DNA of 64,000 bases from Vicugna vicugna. Lineage: Eukaryota. The first letter of the stretch is position 1; each line of letters opens with the position of its first letter. Where the stretch lies: assembly GCA_013265495.1 (NCBI GenBank), contig MU058441.1, positions 124,001 to 188,000 of the forward strand, in the 5' to 3' direction. Positions 1 through 12,200 of the stretch are shown here, piece after piece. A model generated the notes under the pieces. That model searched no databases. It saw only the letters and a list, made by a program, of their open reading frames with translations, and had not been told where the DNA came from. The translations under genes were made by a program, and so were the position numbers.

Positions 1-1974
1 TTAAATATATATTATATACTTTGGAAGAAGGCAAAGAGAGGAGTCTCATTATTTTTAAATGATCCTAACTGTGTAGTCTGTTGTATGTAGAGTTCATCTT
101 GCTTTGGGGTCACTGTAGGGAAAAAAACCCATCTGTGATGGGAACTGGGTGTTTATTGTTACTTCAGAAGTGACACGCTGATACTTATTCTTTCTGTCTC
201 TAAGTTCTGGCACCTGAAGACATCATTCAAAACTCGCAAATAAGGTTATAGTGATAGAAATTTTAGTTCGTTTATTTCTAAAACTTCTTTCAAATGAGTT
301 TACCACAAAAAGGCAGTAGGTTATTTTGTCTTCCTATCTGATTTTTATATTGAAGTGTTTTAGTGTTTGTATACCTCTGCAGGCTTAAAAATAGTGTTTC
401 TCTTCAACTCAGTAGAACTGAGGAGTTAGGGAGAATAAGCCTCTGTCCCTTTTGTGATGTCACAACTCCTCACCTGTCTGGAGTGTTTGGTGCCTGGTGC
501 AGCTCTGGGTTGTAGAGATCTTTACTCGTGGTGAGCTCGTGGTCCCATTGACAGTTGCTGGCACTGTGGTGTGACTGAAGGCAGAATGAACGCTGTTGTT
601 AGAAAGGAAAGGGCTGTGAGACTTGAGGGCTGCCACAGAAGCTGTATTGTCCATGTTTTGTTGTTTAACCTGCTTTCCCCTCCCTCTAGGAAGATCAGAG
701 CGCTTAGCCATGGTATGTTTCAGCTTCCTAATAGGATTCTCGGAAAGAGATGGTTCTGGTTTCTCTGCCAGTTAAGACCTAAAGTTTCTGAGGTTTCCCA
801 GCTGTTTGCCTGTGAACACACAGATGAGAGCCAGGTCCTTGAGGAGGGGGCAGGGTTTTGGGGGTTGGTCAAGTGAGAAGTGCAGGGGCCGGAGAGTCGG
901 ACCTGGATGCCAACCCCTGGCTCTGTTCCACAGGCCTGGGCCTCGGTTTCCCCATCTAGCAGGTGAATGGGCCGGTGTCAGAGCTGCTGGCTCCGCTGGT
1001 GCGTCTTGGCGGTGCTTTGCTCTTCCCAGAGCTGCGGCTGCAGTGGGCTGGCCAGCGCCGCTTTCTGCTGCAGGTGCAGGGAGGGGCGAGGAGACAACTG
1101 AGGGTGTGCGCGAGGTTGTGAATGGGAACTTACCCCCACCCCATTCCCATCCCAGTCTCTGGGTCTAATTGTGAGACAGAGGTGTCCTTGTGGCCAGGGT
1201 CCCCACTGATATGGTCTCTGTGGGGTTCAGAAAACGCCCCTTCTTAGACTTCTGTGTTCCCCACCAGTGGTTCAGGCCCATGTGTCCCAGGCTTTTTAGC
1301 CCTCACCAGTCTCCCGCTAGAGGTCAAGGAAGACTTTGAGGAAGGGTGGTGGTGTGTGGTTAAAGCTGGGTCTTTAACCCAATCAAGAAAATGCCCACTT
1401 CAGCAGCCTTGCAGTTCTCACAAACACACAGAACCTAAAAAATCACCTTTGGAGATGTTAAGAGTATTTCCCAAAGTTATTGGCCTTTGCCTGTCGCTTT
1501 TCAGCCCATATTCAGGCTCTCAGATCTTGTAACATCTTCCACATGCTCCGGATACCCAGGCCCTTTCTTAGGAGTTTGGGAGCGAGGATGGGCAGGCAGG
1601 ACCGTCCCCTGGTGGCAACTCAGCATGCTTTTATCTGGATGCTCTTGGTGCCTGAGGGCAGCAGGGCTGCACACTCTTCGTATTCCTTTTAGTCTTCACA
1701 CAGTGGAGATTTTAGATAACGTTTTTGCCGCTTGGTAACAATTGCAGATAACCTCATTTCTGTTTTTCACTCTCCTTGTCAGGAGAGGTACCAGCTACCC
1801 GGGAGAGCTTGTGAGGCCCTGGCCGCCTCTGGTCTGACCCCCTGGGCCCCTCCCCTGTGTTCAGTCACTGCCTCCTCCCCGGCCCTCCCTGCAGCAGCCT
1901 CTCGACAGGTCCCTCAGCCCTGTCTCTCCCTCTCCGTTCTGCACGCTGCGGCTGGGATGAACTTTTGGTGTTGT

Positions 1975-2730
1975 TATCAACTTTATTGAGATATGATTTA
2001 CACAGCATACACTTGACCTATTTAAAGTGTACATTTCCATGGCTTTTAGTATATTCAGAGTTGTGCAACCATCACCGTAATCAATTTTAGAACATTTTCC
2101 TCAGCAGAAAGAAACCCTGTACCCATTAGCAGTACCCCATTCCCTCCTTCCCCTGGCAGCCACTAACTGCTTTTTGTCTCGATGGGCTTACCTATTCTGA
2201 ACACTTTATCTAAATGGGAATCACACTTTGTCGCTATTTGTGACTGGCTCTTTCACAAAACATATTTTTGAGGTGCATCCATGTTGTAACATGTATCAGT
2301 ACTTCATTTCTTTTTACTGCTGAGTAATAGTCCATTGTATGGATGTACCATATTTTGTTTATCCATTCATCAGTTGATGGACAGTTGGATTGTTTCTACT
2401 TTTGCGCTTTTATGAATACTGCTGCTATGAAAATTCATGTACAAGTTTGTACGTGGACATATGTTTTCATTACTCTTGGGTTACATACCTAGGAGCGGAG
2501 TTACTGGGTCATGTGGTATCTCTGTCTTCAACCTTTTGAAGAACTGCCAGACTGTTTTTCCAAGTGGCTGTGTCAGTGTCCATTCCCCCCGCAATGTATG
2601 AGCGTTCCAGTTTTTCCACATCTTCGTCAGCATTTGTTATTTTCTGGCGTGAATTGGTATCTGATTGTGGTTTTGATTTGCTTTTCCCTGGTGACTAATG
2701 GTGTTGGGCATCTTTGCATGAGCTTTAGGA
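1975..2730 (-). mobile_element. Old LINE-1 3' fragment (L1M-type)
   Basis: Recognisable L1M 3' sequence (ttgtgcaaccatcacc, atccattcatcagttgatggaca, gaagaactgccagactgtttt); boundaries approximate. Confidence 0.75.
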
Positions 2731-5703
2731 TGAACATTCTGAAGAAGGTAGTCCTGTTATTCCTCCACCTAAAATCTTTCCAAAGCTTCACCATTGCCAC
2801 TGGAATAAGTTCTAAACTCCTTTAACAGCTCACAGGACTGGCCAGCAGCTAGCCTCTGGCGGTGTCTCTGGCCGGTTCTCCCCACCCTCCCCTGCTCTCT
2901 GCTCACTAGTTCCTGGACCTGTCTTGACCTCACCAGCCTCCCAGGCTCTGCTCAGTGCTGTTCCTCCCCCAGCGACACACCCCTTGGTCCTCTCCTCATC
3001 CCACCTCACCTTTGCCTTCTCTTCTCCCTCCTCCTCAAGACTTGCAGACCTCTCCAGGAAGCCACTGCGACTTCCAGACCCAGTGTCCCCCGTACCGCCA
3101 CAAAGGAGTCTCGTTACATTCCAGGGTTAGGTTAGAAATCACGCCTAAGATAAGCACTGAATGTGACCACAGTTGCCCTTGGAGCCGGTGAGGAAGGTGC
3201 CACGTTGAGGACCATGGTCGCGAAGTCCAGCCCAGCTGGTTCCTGCCCGTGTGGGAGAAGATCATGGTTTCTTTGGTTGAGCACCAGGAGAAGTGGTTAC
3301 CCTGCAGTTAGGGCCGTGTTGTGCAAAAAACGCTTATTTTAGGTGTTAGACTCACACTAGGTGAGCAGTTCGCTGTTGAAGAGGCTCTTGGGAACCGAGT
3401 CAGGCCACAGGAGCAGCAGGCGCAGCTCGCCGCAGGCCCTCCTGCCCGTCTGCCTGGAGGGTGGAGGGCAGCGGCAGTGGCCCAGGTGACTTAAAATTAT
3501 TTTCCTTTTTCCTTGTCTTTTTTCCCCCCTAACCTTTTCAGACAAATACCATTATGTTTGCCTAAGTGAAATGTGTGTGTCATGCCAAATCTCTGTACCC
3601 CCAAGCCAGCACCCCTGCACCCTGCATTGCACTTCCCTGCTCCTACTTTGTCTTCTTGCTAGTCTGTGAGCTCCGTGAGAGCAGGGCCATATCCGGCTTG
3701 TCCCGGGGGCTCCCAGCCCGAGGACCTTGCCTGGCAGCTGGCAGCCTCCCCCTAGACACGCGCTGACTGTAAACCCCCCAGCTGCGGGAGTGGCTCTGTG
3801 CTGAGGCCCCAGAGCCCTCTTACAGGCTGCTCCTCGTAGTCCTGCCTTGTACGCACGACACCGTATTTTCATGTTTATTTTTCCTTGCTGGCAGCCCCTA
3901 GTGAGCAGGCATCTTCATGTTGTTACCTCTGTTCCTCTCACCCGGCCAGCCCAGAGGGAGTAAGTGGTGCCTAGAAAGTGTTTGGTAAATGAATGAATTG
4001 CAGTAGCCCAGCCCAGCCCTGGCACCTTTGTCTGCAGGCTGGTCTCCTTCTAGCTGAGACCTCCAGATTCAAAAAGAGGAAGATTCTTCACAAATGCATA
4101 AATTGTACTGCATAAGAAACAGTCTATTAATTAGACCTCCATAAAATCAAATTTCAATGATCTGGCCATATCTGTGCTGAAAGTGACTCAGCTCTGTAAA
4201 GAATTTGCTGGAGAATCATGTAGATGGCCCAGAATATTTTTTTAGAAAGTTTTCACCTGCCCCTAGGAGGGCAGGAAGGAAGCTGGCAGGTGGATGAGAG
4301 GCCCCAGAGAGGAACTGCTGGGCCAGTCTCAGCATCTGATCCAGCTGGGGAGGAAGGTGACAGCAGTGCAAAGAAGGCGAAAAGAAACAGAACGCGTTCC
4401 GGCAGCAGCTCCTTTGCCTCAAGTAGCCTTCCCGCTCTCAGGCTGAGCGGTTGCGAAGTTTTGGTGAAATGCTATGGGCAATTTGGATTAAAGTTAACAG
4501 CAAATCATGACTTCACAGATTAATTAATTACTGCACAAATGAGTTTGATGTATAAATATTTGCTTTTAAATCTTACATTTACTAGAAGTAAACGAAGTTA
4601 AACCGTTTTTTTTTCTCTTTGAGGAACTGAAAGGACAGAATGTCTTTGATTTTCTTGAGAACAGCGTACTGGCTTCAAGGCAGACTGTTGTGTAATCTAC
4701 CCGACGATAATGTAGAGCTTTTCTTACATGTTTATAGAATAAATCTTAGAAGAAAAAAAAATATGGTAGCATTTTTTCTAAATGAAATTCTACGAACATG
4801 TCACAAAACTTTGATGTTCCTGGGAGCAGTTAGGGAAATGCTGGCTTTTCAAGAGCTTATTTCAAATAGTTGAGAGGCATTCATCCCAGCGGGCTTTTGC
4901 TGTGCTGTGAATACGGCTCCAGGGTAGGGGTGGCATTTAACCCACTGAAGTCAGCACCCGGCCCTAGGGTTCTCACGTGGCTTTGTTGGAGCAGTTTTCG
5001 AGAGATCCTGCTCTGGGTGACAGTCTTCAGTGGTTGAGACTTTGTTACCTCAGACTGTCTGTCACTTCTGCCCCCAGATAAATGTAGGTTAGTGAGGGCA
5101 GAAAGCCACACCATTGACAGGAGAGGCGACATGGCCTTCCTGTCCCTTGTGGGGCTGTCGTGTGTTTAATCCCCTGATGCGTCCTCTCGTTATTTGTGAG
5201 GGTTCGTCAGAGGGCCTGTGGGCAGGAGGCAGAGCTTTTTGCTCAGGTAGAATGTCCTTTGGGGGAGGGTGAAATAGGATGGTGGCTGGGCCTGGGCCCC
5301 GAGCTCTGGGGACTCATTCTGTCTCATACACAAACTGGAAAAGACCAAGCAAGTCCCTTCACTTCTTGGGACCTCGTTTCCCCTGCCTGTCTGGTAAAGG
5401 GCTAGGGTGATGTCCAGTGTCCTTCTGGTGCTAATGAGTTCTGGGATCTTTGCTGAGCTTTCCCAACAAGCGTCTGGAGTGGAGTTGGGCAGGAAGGAGT
5501 TGAGGGCAAGCAAGAGGCCTAAGCCCTCGGACCCTTGGTTCCATGACCCAGGGCAGCACCTGCCTCCCCAGCCCCTCTGTTATGAAAGGACAAGGGGATG
5601 GCTCCCTGGCTCCCTTCCCTGCTAAAGCCGCCTTCCCCAATGCACACACGTACACATGCGCCATTCAGTGTTTTATTTGGAAGATTTTTTAGGCGGTAGC
5701 CCA

Positions 5704-6070
5704 GTGTTTTGGTCAGCTCAGGCTGCCATAACAAAATACCTCAGACTGGGTGGCTTAAATAACAGAAATTAATTTTCTCACAGTCTGGAGGCTGGAAGTC
5801 CAAGATCAAGGTGCCAGCATAGTTGGGTTCTCAGGAGGCCTCTCTTCCTGGCTTGCAGACAGCATCTCACTGTGTGCTCACACGGCCTTCCCTTGGTGTG
5901 TGCACATGGAAAAGAGATGTCTCTTCTTATTCAAAGTTCATGAAGCCTGTTGGATTAGGGCCCTGATCTTATTATCTCCTAAACACCCTAATTCCAAATA
6001 TAGTCACATTGGGAGTTACGGCTTCAACATACAAATTTGGGAGGGGGGACACAGTTCAGGCCATGGCACC
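5704..6070 (-). mobile_element. MaLR solo LTR (MLT1-type)
   Basis: ggctgccataacaaaatacc...gggtggcttaaataacagaaatt...ggaagtccaagatcaaggtg. Confidence 0.75.
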
Positions 6071-8759
6071 CAGTAACACAAGGATCCCTGTATATGCCAG
6101 TGGAATGAGGTCCCTGCCTTTTAAAAGTTCACGAACTGGGAGGGGTTTAGACTCATGGGCCTGAAAGCAGTAGGGTTTGTAGTTGTTCAGGGTCCTGGTT
6201 TTGGAGGAACCGGACCCGTCTGAGTCCCAGCTCAGCCACTTACCAGCCGTATGGCCTTGGGCTAATTCCTTAACCTTTCTCTCTCAGCCAGCATCCTCAT
6301 CTGAGAAATCAAGAGAACCGAGTAGGTGCTTGTGAGGATCAGATGAGGGCTTTCAGGGGAGGCCCGGCACCAAGTCTGCGCCCCTACTGAGCGCTCAGCC
6401 AATGGGAGTGATCCCTGCTGCTCTGCCGCTGGGCCAACCCTGTCTCTAGCCTCAGCAACGTCCTCACTCTTCCAAATGCCCTCTCCCCAGCTTCCTAGGA
6501 CTTAGACGGCAAGTGGGCAGTTAGAAACAGCACCTGCATCTGGGAACAGCCCCCATCCCCCGGTGAATCATTGTGCTTTTAACTCACTCTCAGGGCGGAG
6601 CAGTTAGTCCTTTGACCTCGTGCTGAACACATCTCTATCCTGTAACTTACAACTTTTTATGGTGAAGTAATCTCAAAATTACGCAACAGTTTCAAGGCTA
6701 GCACAAAGAACGCTTTGCCACATTTTGTCATTCATTCTTTCCTTCCTTCTCTCCCTCCTCCCTCCCCCCAACCACGATCGATTTGAGTTCTTTGAATCCC
6801 CCATGTCCCTTTACCCTTTGAATGTTTTAGTGTACATTTTCTAAGAAAAGAACATTCTCTCACGTGACCAGAGTATTATTATCAAATTCAGGAAATGTAT
6901 AAGTTTATCTAGTCAGTACAGTAGTATCTAATCTGAGGTTCATGTTTCAGTTTTGCCAACTGTCCCAACAATGTTATTTAAAGCAGTTTTTTTTTCTGTT
7001 CTAGGATCCAATCCAGGATCACACACTACATTTAATATCCCCTCTTTAGTCTCCTTTAATCTGGAACAATTCCTGAACCTTCTTTGCCTTTTATGATATT
7101 GACAGTTTTTTTGAAGAGTTCAGTCCACTTATGTTGTAGGATGTCCCAGGTTGGTCCCTTAATATTTGTTTAAGGGAAGGTGAGTTAGGAAGCCGTTTCC
7201 ACGTCCTTTTGGGTACGTACGTAAGTTGCCGAATGCCCCGCCTCGCACTAGGTGCTGTGAGCACAGCCTGGCTCTGCCTTGGGACTTAAGTCTGGGTTTG
7301 TGGGAACAGCAGTTACTGTCAGAAGGGCTGGAAGGGCCCCGGCCTGCTCATGATTAGGGGTCTGCCATGCTGGCACCGACAAGCTTGGAAAATACATCTT
7401 AGATGGATGCAGGGGGAGTCGGCATTCTGGAAGTCTCCAAAGATGCAGAAAATGGCCCTGCACCTGTTCCAGCATCCACTTACCTACTTCGCCTGGCCTC
7501 CTGAGGTGTCCTGAAGTTTGCACACTCCAAACCGAAGTCGCTTCTCAGAAATCTCCAGTGAGCTGCAGTCCTGGGTTCTAGACTGTCCCTGCTGCGGCTC
7601 CCCTCTGGGCCAGTGGTGGGAGAGGAGCCCCTCCTGGCTCTGCCAAGTGTCCCTGGCATTGGGAACAAGTAGGGGAGGGGACAGTCCCTGAGCCTGGAGT
7701 GTGGGAAGACAGCCAGGACCCTGGCCTATAACAAAGTCAAGCCAACTTGGGATGGCTTGTGATCTGACAGACAGCTCGTCAGACCCGGAGCCTCGCTTTT
7801 TCAGCTGTTTAACGTCTCTGTCGGACAGTATATAGTACGGAAAACAGCGAATTGTAATTTCTATTCAAACAACTGTGTAACGTCAGGAAACTATCATGCT
7901 AGTTGGAGGTATTTTGTCAGACCAAAGCGAACAATGCAAGAATGTTTTAAGTGACATCAATCTTTGCAAAACTTTGGCCAAGCCAGCTTTCATTGTGCAA
8001 AACAAAATAAAATTGATTTTCATCTGGTCATTAAGTCAACATCATTGTCTGCTGCGTTTTAACACATATTCATACTTCAAAGTGCTCTCCCTGGGGCTGC
8101 AGTCTTTCATGTGAGAGAGATCTAGAGTCCTCTGCTTTTTTGATTAAGTTAATTCAAATTAAATAAAAAGGAAAATTCAGTTCCTCAGCAACTGATGACG
8201 TTTCAAGGACTCAGGAGCCACAGGTGGCCGGTGCGCCCACGCTGGGCCTTGCAGACCTGGACCCTCATCGCAGAGCTCTCAGCTCTGCTCCGAGCTTCCC
8301 GCGGTCTGCGGGGCAGGAGTGCAGGAGAGACTTCCTTCTGCCACAGACTCAGTCACACAGGGAAAATCTGACAACAGATCGTGAAGTTGGCATTTAAACA
8401 TGACTGCAGGCTATTGGCAGTGTGTCCTCTGGGCTGCTGGGTTGGATCAGAGGTGTGCTGAAAGACTGACGGAATTTCACTTCTTCTGTTGCTCGGGAAG
8501 CCGGAGCTCTGTGAGATTGGTTCCCCCATCATGGTGCTGTAGTCAGGTTTTAAAGAGAATGTGGCCAAAGCCGAATGGAGGCAGTGATTCAATCAGTGCG
8601 TGGGTCTTTACACTCCCCTGGCCCTTTGTTGTCTCAGGGCCTCGAGTGCACAGGCCAGGGGCAGGAGCCCAGTTTCTGGCTATGGGGGTGCTTCCTGTGG
8701 GAGGGGACCCCATTCCCACTGCTGAGAGAACCGCTGCCAGGGACCCTAGGCTGGGCGCT

Positions 8760-9171
8760 GGGCTGAGGTGTGGTGGTGGATTCCAGAGCAGGGCGGGGGC
8801 TGGGACTCACCCATGTGGATGATAAACCACGGCTGGATTAATACTGCTCCCACATCTCAGACATCTGCTGCCAGGGACATCCAGCCCTGTTCCCAGGCCA
8901 GACTCCACTCGCTGGTCCACGAAAGTGTGGGTGAGGGGGCAGGGTTGGCAGGTGTCTCTAAGCTCCCAGGACCCAGCTCACAACTGCTGAGGAAGCCACA
9001 CAGCCAGCCATATACTAGGGGAGTGTCTGAGTCTACTTGAAAGTGCCTGTCTGCCTGTGGTCCTTGCCTGTGTGTGCGCCTCTGTCCCCGCCTCCTGGCC
9101 ACCTCAGCCCAGGAGCCAAGGAGGGAAGCTGAGCGGCCGAGGCTCCCGCTGCTGCCTCTGCTCCAGCCAGG
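8760..9171 (+). promoter_or_regulatory. ITGAE: ITGAE proximal promoter / 5' UTR with RUNX and SMAD-type motifs
   Basis: TGTGGT at 8769-8774 and 9056-9061; GTCT(G) at 9025-9029, 9031-9034 and 9049-9053; directly upstream of the ATG. Confidence 0.55.
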
Positions 9172-9205
9172 ATGTGGCTCCTGCACACTCTGCTCTGCGT
9201 GACCG
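9172..9205 (+). CDS. ITGAE: ITGAE exon 1 coding part (signal peptide)
   Basis: ATG at 9172, MWLLHTLLCVT, donor G|gtaagt. Confidence 0.95.
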
Positions 9206-12200
9206 GTAAGTCAGCCTCCCCCTGCCCTGGGTGGCGGCTGTGCTCTCCCTTTCTGTGTATCTGGTGGGGCTCAGGGCCTGAGATCAGAGAGAGTATGGGG
9301 ACCCCCCCATCAGGAGAGGTCCCCACACTCAGGGTGTCCAGACCCCCAGGCTTGCTGGGAAGGGCCTCTGAGGCTCTCTGTTGGCAGAGTTGACCGCCTG
9401 TGACTTTGTGACTTCAGACTCCAGACCTCTGCCCTTTGTTCCTCCCGCCACCTGCCCTCCCTCCCTGGGCCTTCTCCCCCAGCACCCACTCCAAGCAGCT
9501 CCTCACATCTGGGCCGAGCTTGTCCCCTATGTGCAGAGGCTGGCAATGCCCACCTGCCCGGCAGAGCTCCCTTCTCTTATAGACCAGGGGTTTGGCTGAG
9601 GGCAAGGACCCTGTGAGCAGGTGGGCGTTGTGTGTGGCAGAGGGCGAATGCTGGGGGGAGCCTGCTTCCTGTTCCTGACGTCAGGGCCCACATGAGAACC
9701 TGTGTGGGGAGGGGGCGCTTCCTCTCCACACCGCCTGGGGTCCTGTTCTGGCCTTTAAAACTCTCATGGAAGCCCCTGGGGGCAAGCCAAGCCAGGAGCC
9801 GCACCCACCCACCAGGCCCCAAGGATGAGGTTGAGTGTGGTCAGCAAGTCCCCTGGGGCTGCTCGGATCAAGCCTGAGGCCAGGGTGGTCCTGCCTAGTG
9901 ATCTGGGTGGACTTCCAGGGGGGCCTCCTACACTGGTCAGAAGCTGGAGGGAAGAATGAGATGCACCACAGGCAGGTGTAGTTTCAAGGCTCCTGGGAGC
10001 CTGAGTTCTCCCTAGGAACGGGACAAGTGGGGTGCGCAGTGAGTGAATGCCAGACGGTAGCTGAGAGCTGGGGCCGAGCTGGCGGGGGTCAGGGGAGGCT
10101 CAGAATTAGCACCCACCTTGGGGCCAGATCACCCAAGAAGCAAGCAAGGTGTATGTGTGTAGGGTACCAGCAAAGCATACATTTTATACTTCTAATATTT
10201 GACGTTTCAAAGACATTACAATAATCATCATGGAAAGATCAAAATTTTCTTAAAACTTCCTTATTTTACAGTTTAGACTTCCCTTTATTTTCGGTTACAT
10301 ATGGGGTGTGGAGAGAGTCTTACACCTCTTATGGCTTATGGCTTTGATCCCCCATCACCAGGAATGTCCAGAGGAGATGCTTAGACCAGACCCTAGTCCA
10401 CTCCCTCCCGTCCCAGTACAGAGGAGGGGACTGAGGCCCAGAGAGGGGCAATGACTGGCTAGGATTACAAGCAAGTATTGGCAGAAATGGGGCTCAAGCC
10501 CCTGCCTCTACCTGCCTCCAGCTCAGTAGAATACCCCACGGCCTGGGACACTAGCCCTGCTGTCACTCTAGCCTCCTGCTCATCCCTGTCTCCTGTGGCC
10601 TCTGAAACAACCAGCCATCACTCCAGCAACTTTTTTAGTGATGTCAATCCAGATGACATTTATCAAACCCCTTCTGAGGCTGAGGCACTCCCCAGGCTGA
10701 TGGACAGCAGAGAGCAAGATGGAGTAGGCATGGAATGAGATACAGCCTGAAGCCTGGCTAAGCTATGGGCCAGGACGGGGGAGAGCAGGGCCCCAGCAGC
10801 TCCAGTCTGAGTGGGAGGAACAGAGCTGTGACACTTCTGCTCCATGCTGTGAGGTCCTGAGACTTAGGGATGGACCAATCCCGAAGAGCTTCCTGGAGGA
10901 GGTGAGATTGGCACTGAGTCTTAAGGACTGGGGAGAGTCTGCGTAAGTGACAAGGAGATGCCGGGGAGGGAGGAGGAACCCCTCAGACTGTGACCTTAGG
11001 CCCAGGGCCCTGCATCCTGTGCCTGGCTGGGCCTCCTTGGTCTGGAAAGAATCCAGACTGTTCCTGGCCTGACCCTGACCTTCCACCCTTTCCAAGCACC
11101 TACTGGGCTCCTCACCCATGGGAGCAGATGAGATGACATCAGCTGTCTCAGACAGTCAGATGCAGATACATAAGCACACTGAAAGTCTGGACCTGCCCAT
11201 CTCATCCTGCTACCATACGGCCTGCTGTCCCCAGGTCAGTCTTCAACTCTAACTCATCCTGTGACCACAGCTGCTGACTTCTCCCTGGGTCTCAGAGACT
11301 GAGTCTACATGGCTCGTGGGAAGAAGGGACCTGTGCTCTCAGCCTAGAGAAACTTACAGAGGTGAAGGGGCCAGAAGTCCAGGCTGCCTGCTCTGCTGTT
11401 GCACCAACTTCAGGCTGGGACCAGGGATCCTGCTGGGCCCTGCAGAGGGGAGCGGGGAGGTGGCAGAACTGGCTCTGCAGAGGGCACAACCCCAGACCCG
11501 TGACAAGTGTGTGATAGAAAGCCTTGGTCACTGAGGACGGGGGCTGTAGTGTCCAAGGTGGCCCTGGGGCTGGGGGAGGTCCTTAGCAAGTCCAGACTGG
11601 TGGCGGGAAGGGAGAGGGGGCTTTCCGTGTAGGAGAAACAGAAGGACAGCGATGTGGGGTGTGAGGGGTCTGTTTCAGAAGATGCAGGGTGATGTTTGGG
11701 AACAGAAGGCTGTCATCTCTGACGTTGCCTGCCCCCTACAACCAGGACACGCTGGCCCTGGGGTGAGCAGGCCGCTTGCACACAGTGACCCTCCATCCTC
11801 AGCACACAGGAGGGCCACTGAGGATGCCTTCAGGTCACACACAGGGGATGGGGAAAGGGCATTCCACGTGGACGTAGAAAAGTGCAGTGTTTGGGGCCCG
11901 CCAGGGGTGGGGTGCGGACCTCGTTGGGGCCAGACGTCTCCCACCTTCTCTGGGAGGCCGGCTTGTGGAGTGTAGACAGGGGTCATATTGGCGGTCAGGC
12001 TGGGGAGGTCCAGGTGGGTAGTGGGGAGTTGGGGGCACCCAGAGTGCCAGGCAGCAGGAAGCCCGGCAGGCCTCCAGCTGTGACAGTGACAGACTGGTGT
12101 GGAAGGCGGAGTCCTGGAGAAAGCAGAGGCAGAGGGGCCAGTGAGGAGGCTGCTGCCGTCGTCCAGTCAAGGGGAGCTGGGGCAGGTGGACAGGGGAGGG

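Larger units (their letters stand above)
1..8040 (+). other. Probable long 3' UTR / downstream region of the upstream gene NCBP3 (C17orf85), with a candidate distal AATAAA at 8006-8011
   Basis: No NCBP3 coding exon recognised. The call rests on mammalian synteny (NCBP3 lies directly upstream of ITGAE on the same strand), AT-rich UTR-like blocks and the hexamer. Confidence 0.35.

Noticed and set aside
4224..4523. 99-aa ORF with an NLS-like KKAKRNR and a possible acceptor at 4266
   Set aside because: No true ATG start, weak pyrimidine tract and no protein family that I recognise; cannot be supported as an exon.
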